Of a stretch of 64,000 nt of DNA, positions 49,628 through 64,000 are shown piece after piece (position 1 is the first letter of the stretch; each line of letters starts with the position of its first letter). The stretch lies in the NCBI RefSeq assembly GCF_009914755.1, contig NC_060927.1. The stretch is one strand, 5' to 3'. A program made the position numbers and the translations under genes. The DNA comes from the human T2T-CHM13v2.0 reference genome, Homo sapiens. The notes under the pieces are model-generated. The model searched no databases. It saw only the letters and a list, made by a program, of their open reading frames with translations, and was not told where the DNA came from.

Positions 49628-49663
49628 GTGCAGGAAATGATGAAAAAGAGAGACAAAATGTGA
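49628..49663 (+). CDS. TEX55: Candidate TEX55 alternative terminal coding exon (VQEMMKKRDKM*)
   Basis: Strong acceptor tttttcattctccctAG|GTG in non-repeat DNA, in phase with the donor CAG|GTATAG at 41021/41022. Variant PAS AGTAAA at 49801. Confidence 0.65.
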   Translation: MQEMMKKRDKM

Positions 49664-51744
49664 AATCTACAAAGAACGAGCCTCTCTTCAGTATTGTTTA
49701 CAATCATGTGTCAATACTATGTTCTGTTTTCCATCTGAAAAAAAAATGGTTTTGAATAGACATTAGTGGTGACTCTACCTGAATGCATTATTAATTTTTA
49801 AGTAAAAAATCTATAGAATATCTATGTAAAATTTACATAACAATTACAGATATCTCTGGATAATCATACAAAAATATACACATTATACTTATGCATGCAT
49901 TGATATTTCAATACTCATTCCCCTAAATCTCTGAATAAGTCCACAAATCACAACTAGCAATTTATATGTACTTCTTATAAAGCATATAAATCTGTCTCCA
50001 AGCTATTTACAAAATGTCTAATCAAAAAATGTGTGAAAAAGAATTTATCACAGCATTTTTTTCTTAATGAAAGATTATTGTTGTAATATCTCTTATTTAT
50101 TTTTGCTGTTTCTTCTTTAACCTTGTTTGTTATATTCTGCCATTAGTGGATGTGATTCTAATCTTTTCCTATGGATAGCTCACTTCTGATTTGTAACCTA
50201 CAGCAAAACTCAAACATGTTATACTGCTCCGTACACACCTGTGGGTGAGGCAGAACATCACTTTCTCATTACCTTTTCCCTTAAAGAGTATCTGCATCAT
50301 GTGGAATGTATAACCAGTTCAACTGGTATTTTAATGCAAAAATTCTTAACTTGGTCTGTCTGGTATGAGTGTGTCTGCCTAAAGATCATAACTGAGATGA
50401 TCATCTGATACTACTTTTGTGATATGAACCCTCCATTTAATTTCTATTTGAACATTACAGGAGACTTGAGTTTTTACAATGTTTAGTTGATGAATTGGTA
50501 TTGTTATATGGTTGAATTACAATAAATTAAGTTTCTGCTTGAACAATCACACACAAACTCTATTTTTTTATATCTTTCATTTCTTAAAATTATATAAAAA
50601 TCACTTTATAATTTCAAAGTTTACTTGGTTTTTTTTTTCAGTTGTCCACAAAATGTACATGTGCTCAAACTCAATAAATTGTTCTCATTCAAACAGATAA
50701 GGAGCTGTGTTGACTGTGGGCTGGCAAAACTAGGTGAAAGCTGATAAACTTGCAGTAAACCTGTGGGAAAAGTTTGAGTTACACAACTAAGGTCATACCA
50801 ATTAGTTGGGTGAATAAAATAATCCAAAGATAAATGGACCAATAATATTTTAGTGACAAAAACTCAAATGTTATCAACAACAAATGAAATTAATGATTAA
50901 GTTTAGTTCACTGGTTTTCAATCCTAAGACCAGACCGTTTTGCCATGTTTCTTAAAGCAGAACATTTGAGACCCAACCACACCAGCCACTTCAGCCTTTC
51001 TTGTTGGCCTTCTGGGATGCCTTTCACAACTTCATTTTTGACCTTTCAGAATGAGGCAACGGATAAGAGGGATGGGCTTGGTATGGTACAGTGAACCTGT
51101 CTGAAAATGTTTGTCTAAGAAGAAAAGGGAGAAAATGAAGATCAAGCTTCATATGCAATGACTCAGGCTGTCTACTGAAAGAGCTATCTAATATAGAAGA
51201 CCAATCAGCTAAAAGTGTATTCAGCTCTTAGTCCCTAAGTGGAAGGAAGTAGTCCCAGGCCAGGAGTAAACACTAAAAAATCTGGGTGGAACTTACCATC
51301 AAGCAGAAGAGAAAGAGGCATCTTAGAACTGGCCCTTTTGGAGTAAAACTGAAAGAGGACGTGGATGGCTATGTCGAATATAAAAGGAAAATAAATGTTT
51401 CAATGTCAGAGTAACTGGAGATCAAAATACATGACCTCCCTTGAAGGAATCCTTTAAAGAAGCTTATGCAAAACAGGTTTTTCATACAGCTATGAAGTGC
51501 CTCAAGTGTTGTTAGAGATGTTTATAAAAACACTTAGAACAGTAATGGACATTGTTAGTCCTGATTATTTTAGTAATATTATCAACGGTAGTAATATTGG
51601 ATTTTACCTGAGCAATTCTGATTACCCTCCCTCAAATCATTCCCCAGCCACCCTGATTTCCTCACAGTAATAGCAAAGCTACTAGAGCAGTTTTCCTTCA
51701 TCTTTCTCCTCCCTTCTTCCATTTAAAGAATAAATATGACACCA

Positions 51745-53240
51745 TTAGTCATTAGAAAAATGTAAATCAAAACGACAATGAGATATCATCTTACACTCAC
51801 TATAATCAAAAAGACGGTAAGTTTCAGTGAGGATATAGGGAAATTAGAACCCTCATACGCTGCTAGTGGAATGTAAAATGGTGCAGCCACTTTGGAAAAC
51901 AGTTTGGCAGTTCTTCAAAAAGTGAAACATTGTGTTATTACATGACAGTAATTCTACACCTAGGTTGATAGGGTTTGGCTGTGTCCCCACTCAAATGTCA
52001 TCTTGAATTGCAGCTCCCATAATCCCAATGTATCACAGGAGGGACGGGTGGAAGGTGATTGAATCATGGGGGCAGGATTTTCCCATGCTGTTCTCATGAT
52101 AGTGAATGAGTTTTCATGAGATCTGATGGTTTTATAAAGGGCAGTTCCCCTGCACATGCTCTCTTGCCTGCCACTATGTAAGAGATGACTTTGCTCCTCC
52201 TTCTCTTTCTGCCATAATTGTGAGACTTTCCCAGCCATGTGGAACTGTGAGTCCATTAAATTTCTTTTTCTTCATAAATTACCCTGTCTCACGTATTTCT
52301 TCACAGCAGTATGAAAATTGACTAATACATAGGTATATACCCAAGAGAATTGAAAACATATGTCCACAAAAAATCTTGTTCACGAATGCTCATAGCAGCA
52401 TTCATAATAACCAAAAAATAGAAACAACCCAAATATCCATCAACTGATTAATGGATTTTTTAATATAGTCTATACATACAATGGAATATTATTTAGCCTT
52501 AAAAAAGAAGGAAATCTTGTCAATTGCTACATCATAGGTGAACCTGGAGGACATTATGCTAAATGAAATAAACCAGTCACAAAAAGCAAATATTATGAGA
52601 TTCTACTTATATGAGGTATCTAAAGTAGTCAAATTGACAGAAACAGAAAGCAGAAAGCTGATTACCAGGGACTAAGAGGAGGGCAAATAGGGAGCAATTT
52701 AATGGATTTACTTTCTGTTTTGCAAGATGAAAATTTTGTGGAGATCTGTTGCACAACAATGTGAATATACTTAACACTACTCAACTGTACACTTTAAAAT
52801 GGTTATAATGGCACATTTTACTTTATGTTTTTACCACAATCAAAAAAATTTTTTAATTCAAAATGAAAAAATGTGATATATCTATACAATGGATTATTAT
52901 TCAGCCATAAAAAGGAATAAGGTTCTGATACACAACTATGACTTTTATAAGTCTGGAAAACATTGTGTTAAATAAAGGCAGCCAGACATAGAAAACCACT
53001 TGATTTCATTTCTATGAAGTGTCCAGAATAAGAAAATCCATAGGGACATAGGTAGATTAGTGGTTGTCAGGGGTTGCAGTGAGCAGGTAATAGGGAGTGA
53101 CTGCTAATGGGCATGAGATTTCTTTTGGGGGGAAGAAAATATTCTGGAATTAGGTAGTGATAATATTTGTGTAAGTGTGAATATTCTAAAAACCACTTAA
53201 ATTGTACACTTCAAAAGGGTTAATTTTATGGTGTATGAAT
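51745..53240 (+). mobile_element. Old L1M 3' end fragments
   Basis: aaatcaaaacgacaatgagatatc, ggtgcagccactttggaaaac and L1M 3'UTR motifs. Confidence 0.75.
51966..52329 (+). mobile_element. THE1/MST solo LTR
   Basis: tgatagggtttggctgtgtcccc...actaataca, perfect TSD TAGGT. Confidence 0.9.
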
Positions 53241-53746
53241 TATATATAAACAAAGCCATTTTTAAAACATGTCGAGGTTAATATTTTTAAGTTCCACCTT
53301 ATGACAGGGAAGAAGAATAGTTGTGAAACTCAGAAACAACAAAAACAAGAGTATCTTAGCCTTCCAGGAGAATTATTCTCCTATTTCCCCTACTCTTTAC
53401 AAATTCCCTTGTTTTATTCTTTGGTCTTTGGTCTCTTGAATATGATTTATTTTTAAAATTAACCTTGTAGTATTTCATGACTAGTAACTCATTCTCAGCT
53501 CTACTCACCCACTCTTCTCCACCTATCTTCTTTTGTTCTTACGTATTTAACCTGTTTAATAACTCTATTCAAACTCACCTATTCTTGAGAATAAGTTATG
53601 AGTATGTAAGTGTAATTATGTCTGTTAGTGTTTTCTGCTCACATGTGCCTAGATATATGTGTGTGTATAGGGATGTGGACAAGTATGGTTTCAGGTGATT
53701 CTGTGCCTATGCTTCAATCTTCATGTCAATTTTTTGGTTGGAAACA

Positions 53747-53820
53747 TTGTAAGGATAAAACTCAGAAAACTCTGTGTTTTTATTTGTAAGGATAAAACTC
53801 AGAAAACACTGTGTTTTTAT
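53747..53820. repeat. 37-bp tandem duplication
   Basis: ttgtaaggataaaactcagaaaac(t/a)ctgtgtttttat twice, one mismatch. Confidence 0.9.
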
Positions 53821-54182
53821 AAGAGACAAACAATATGCTAATATTGCCAGTGTGCTAGTACCTTAGAGTCTCAGGCTATTTTTTTTATACTGTTTGCAGA
53901 ATTTGTAACAATCTAATACCAGATGGAGAGTAGTACTATGGCCTATTATTATGAACACCTAGGGGATTCCAATAGGCAGAATAAATTGTTTGCCTAATTC
54001 AGTATTTTAATTTTTTAAGAAAAAATCCTCCTCAAACTCCACTAACATTTCAGTAAAGATTTACAAAAGGAAGTAAATTCACTGTAATACTTAAAGCAGA
54101 AGAGAAAGAGACCAGAGATTTTTATGATTTCTGATAACAGAAAGCAGATGGGATAGCAGTGACAGATAAACTAGAGCACAGT

Positions 54183-60377
<6,195 letters not shown>

Positions 60378-61904
60378 GGATATTGTGAAGAGTAAATTTG
60401 GCAGTACCTGGGACTTTTACTATATATTAAAAATATTGTAGACAACATCATGTTTTGAGAAGTGTTTTTGCTGAAATTGGTAACTAGAGAAAGCAAAAGG
60501 CATTAAATAACCCACTTTCCGAACTTCCAGTAGGGAGGCAGCCTCTTTCTCACCCAGTTTGCACTATAACTCCCTACCTCGCCATAGGAAAGTCAATTTG
60601 AAGTGAGGGATCTGTTAGGGAATGCAGAGAAGACAAATATTCCAGTGGTTCCTTGCCCCGAAGATGACAGAGGAAAACCTCATGAGGACTGAAAAGTTTG
60701 AGTGTGTATGTAGGACCAATTCTTCTAGCCCAGTTAAATATCACATGAGTCACCAGGCCTGCTAACTTGCCTTGGAACTACCACAGAGAAGGAAAAGCTT
60801 TGGAGGGTGATGGTGCAGTGGTATGGCCCGACAGAGAAGGGGACAAGCATGCCACCTTTAGTTCTAGGTTCCTGAGATGTGCAGAAGGTAGAACCCAGCC
60901 ACCTGAGAACTGGGGTCCTGGAGGGTAGGTGAGATTGAAGGACAAAGACTGACTGCAAACCAATGAATGAGGCAGAGCACCCTCTGAGGCTTAGGAACTC
61001 GTGGGGTTCAGTAGGGCTCTCCTCGGCCAGCCCTGTGCACTGCCCTTGTCTACACTGCTGCTGGTGGTGGTGAACTAGACAGTGGGGATGGCCAACAGAA
61101 AGGGATAGAGCCTCTCTCTGGCCACTCACACAGGACGACATCATTTCCCTCTCAAATGAACATACACAGGGAGTTGGGGGGTTATTAAAGACCTCAACTT
61201 CTCCCCAAAACTACTGGAGTCTGTAGTTTGAATTGTGGTGATAGGAAGAAAATATCTAAGTGTTTCTAACAGAAGTGAGATATTAGTAATGAGAATTCAC
61301 TGATGAGCTTGGAATCAGGTTAAGATGTGGGTAAGGGAGCCACCTAGCCAGAGAGAAAGGAAGATTAGCAGAAGAGAGTTAGAAATAAATTAACTGGAAA
61401 AAAATAAGCCTGTCATACATTAACGACTTGACGTTCCTCAACTATTCAGTTGCAGTTATTATCTGAAAACTAATCTTCCTTTTCCTAGCTAGTCTCTTGT
61501 CTCTTGTTATTGGGTTTGTGTTCACATTATCTATTTTGAAGATTTTCAAATCTTTTTGTTTTCTCCCCATATAATCATGGTAATGGAACATAAAATGCCT
61601 AAGACATGAATGAAAATTCACATGTCCTTGTTTGCTTCCTTGCTACTTTATCACAAATATTTCCAGGACAGCACATGTTTTTAATAACTTGTACGTTCTT
61701 ATAATTATAATATAGATCCTTTGTAAACATATGAACTGCAAAAATAGAAGACTGTAAAAGTCACCCATATTTTACCATTCAGATATATTCTGGTTAATGT
61801 TTGCTGTATACTATTTCTAACTTTTTAAGTCATAGGTAAACTTTCTTAAAAATTAAAATGTGTCAGATTACACAAACTATTTTGTAAACCGCTTTTTCAT
61901 TTTC

Positions 61905-61970
61905 AGCCTCTAGAAGAGTGCCTGGCACATCCTAAGTTTTCAATAAATATTTGTCAAATAAATGACTGAA
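61905..61970 (+). mobile_element. L2 3'-end fragment
   Basis: gagtgcctggcacat..tcaataaatatttgtcaaataaatgactgaa. Confidence 0.7.
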
Positions 61971-62094
61971 CTTATTTCCATACCATTAAATGTTTATCTG
62001 TGGTGTCATTTTTAACCATTGCACAGAATTCTATTGTGTGAAATATGATAATTTATCTAACAAGGCCCTGAAGAGCTGCAGAGGAATAAGGCCT

Positions 62095-62491
62095 TGTGAT
62101 GGACACAGAGGTGCTCCATGCAGTCCCCCTTGAAGGGGGAGGTTGCCCTGCTGCTGGGAGTACTTGCAACCTCCAGCCTCCAGTTATCAGCCCCTTTCAG
62201 GACTTGCCTCAGCTACAGAAAGCTGCCTTCCCAGGGTAATCCACATTGAAGGGCAGATCATAGAGGAGCCCAGTGTCAGAGCTACTCTGACAGGCCATCT
62301 TCCTCCAGAGTTTCCTGAGGAGGGCTGCTTAAGACTGTCCCATCTATATTGCAGCTCAACTTCTTCCTCTGCCCAGTCCTGTTTCTCCCCTCTCCCTGCC
62401 ATGGGTGTTAATCTCAGGGCACTGTCTAATAAATATATTGCACACTAAATTTTGTCTCAAAGTCTGCTCCTGAACAACCTAACCTGCAACA
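62095..62491 (+). mobile_element. LTR16-like (ERVL) solo LTR
   Basis: 3' end ctaataaatatattgcacactaaattttgtctcaaagtctgctcc..aacctaacctgcaaca. Left boundary approximate. Confidence 0.65.
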
Positions 62492-63022
62492 GAGATGATG
62501 CTGACCTTTGAGGAACTCCCAAGTCTATTGGTAAAAGCACTCAGTAAATTCTAACATTACTGCGGTTACCGATTCCTAACTCAGGTTAAACAAGCGATGG
62601 CGCATGTATACCATGATAGGTTATGCAGCCATTAAAATAATGTTCTGGGTGCCATGTATAACACATGATGGCTCCAGAAGTCAGGGAAGAAGGAAAAAAG
62701 AAGGGAAGGGAAGAGAAGAGAAAGGGAGGGAAGAAGAGGGGAGGGAAGAATTGGACATCAGATAATCACTTGAGCCCTCTCTCTCCGTGAATTTTTCCCA
62801 ATCTGTTTCTTTCCACATCTCTTGCTCCTTGTCAGTCTTTGGGCCACCTACAGTATGAGCATTACTTGGGCAATTACTGTCTCTCTAAATTTGGCATATG
62901 CAAGTTATAGAAACTAAAACTGGACATGGCCCTACACAGGTAAGCACATATCAGCATCGCTGTGAGCGGTCAGGACTAACAAGCCTTCAACACACAAAAG
63001 CAGGAGTAAGGATCAAATTACA

Positions 63023-63047
63023 CAAATCAAATCAAATCAAATCAAAA
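63023..63047. repeat. (CAAAT)n pentanucleotide microsatellite
   Basis: caaatcaaatcaaatcaaatcaaaa. Confidence 0.8.
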
Positions 63048-63179
63048 TAAAATCCCTGAGTTTGTATTCCAGTAAAGCCCAAACCTAGGAGGGATCCAGG
63101 AAAGCGATGAGTGTGGCTGTCAAGGTGCTTCCATCTGTCAGAGTCACACATTCCAAAGCAGCAGAAATCAACTGACAGC

Positions 63180-63420
63180 CTCCAGTTACTCCCCCGCCTC
63201 AGCGAGGCAGGGCAGGCAGCGGAAAGCTCAGCCCATGTGAGGTGCCTCCTGCCAATCACAGACTACCCTTCCCTGGTCCTGGAGGTTCAAAGAATTGCAG
63301 GAGGGTAGAAAAGCACCTGGGTCGGGTGCAGACTGCGGAGCGGGCCCTACCGTGTGCGCAGAAAGAGGAGGCGCTGTGAGTAGACCGCTTTCCCTCTGCA
63401 GGGAATCTCCCGGGCTCAAG
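63180..63420 (+). promoter_or_regulatory. UPK1B: UPK1B promoter: weak CpG island, CCAAT box (63252-63256), GC box, NF-kB consensus (63401-63410)
   Basis: CpG cluster with ccccgcc, gccaatc and GGGAATCTCC, which matches GGGRNWYYCC. Confidence 0.65.
63310..63375 (+). other. UPK1B: UPK1B non-coding exon 1; TSS approximate
   Basis: gcgggccctaccgtgtgcgcagaaagaggaggcgct matches my recollection of the UPK1B 5'UTR and is followed by the donor GCT|GTGAGT. Confidence 0.75.
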
Positions 63421-64000
63421 GGTTGGGTTGCTCTCCTGGGAGGGAAGCTAGCAGACTGGGAGGGAAAGGGGAAGAAGTTAGATTCTTGATTCATAAAGTC
63501 TGTCATTTTTTTCTTTGTAATTTAGGGTATTGTGACTGTCCTGTTCTCTTTTACTTTGAACCGTTGGAATTGCTTTCTTAATACCCTTGATATAAGTCTT
63601 GTTCTCATTAAACTTCTGGAGATATTACGCAGCCATCCTGCTTTCAACCTCAGATATCCCCACAGAAAGAACAAGAAAATCCAAGCACCCCGAGAAACCC
63701 TATATCTCCTGATTAAATCGCACATAGACAGTCACCTTTGTAGACCCCCAATTTCCTTGTGGAGTCAGAAAAGCAATAGAAAGTTTAACGAAATAGCTCG
63801 TGTTATTTCTTAATAATCTGTTCAGGCTAGCAGAGAGAAAGTTTCTTGGTCTTCTTGTCAGAAATCATTTGGTCCTGCCAACCTGTAATGAAATGTGTGA
63901 AGCAATTTACTCCCAGTTATTCTCTGCAAACACTTCTGCTTAATAAATGTGTCAGTTGAAGTAAGTCAACAAAGTAGCTTTATCTACGCAATGTTATTTT

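Noticed and set aside
60378-60500. Possible L1 3' transduction ending at aactagag (about 60482)
   Set aside because: Only an 8-bp match to the 5' flank and no preceding polyA tail.
60734-61144. 136-aa minus-strand ORF in unique sequence
   Set aside because: No recognisable domain, promoter or splice context; length is compatible with chance.
62685-62750. Purine-rich GA tract
   Set aside because: Ordinary low-complexity sequence; any triplex potential is unsupported beyond composition.

Overview
Primate (almost certainly human) genomic DNA, about 80% of it decayed transposable elements. I recognise it as the IGSF11/TEX55/UPK1B locus. The only complete protein-coding gene is TEX55 (C3orf30, + strand): three coding exons (35925-37322, 37915-38058, 40959-41027) give 536 aa, with a 23 x 8-aa repeat rich in RRxS motifs and a C-terminal RIIa/Dpy-30-type docking domain. 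The sequence also shows a plausible fourth exon at 49628 that would extend the last docking helix. TEX55 shares a CpG-rich head-to-head promoter with a distal non-coding exon of IGSF11 (- strand), so 1-35547 is IGSF11 intron. The UPK1B promoter and non-coding exon 1 lie near 63.3 kb. The rest is L1 (one nest four levels deep), two full-length MaLR proviruses, solo LTRs, Alus, Tigger3, MER30, MIR and L2. I found no clearly new multi-gene system. The best second-look items are the TEX55 alternative C-terminus versus TE-derived intronic polyadenylation, a candidate L1 antisense promoter > Alu exon > IGSF11 path, a 32-nt orphan retrocopy, templated-insertion scars and a fold-back Alu hairpin. Gene names and repeat subfamilies come from my recall of the sequences, not from a database search.
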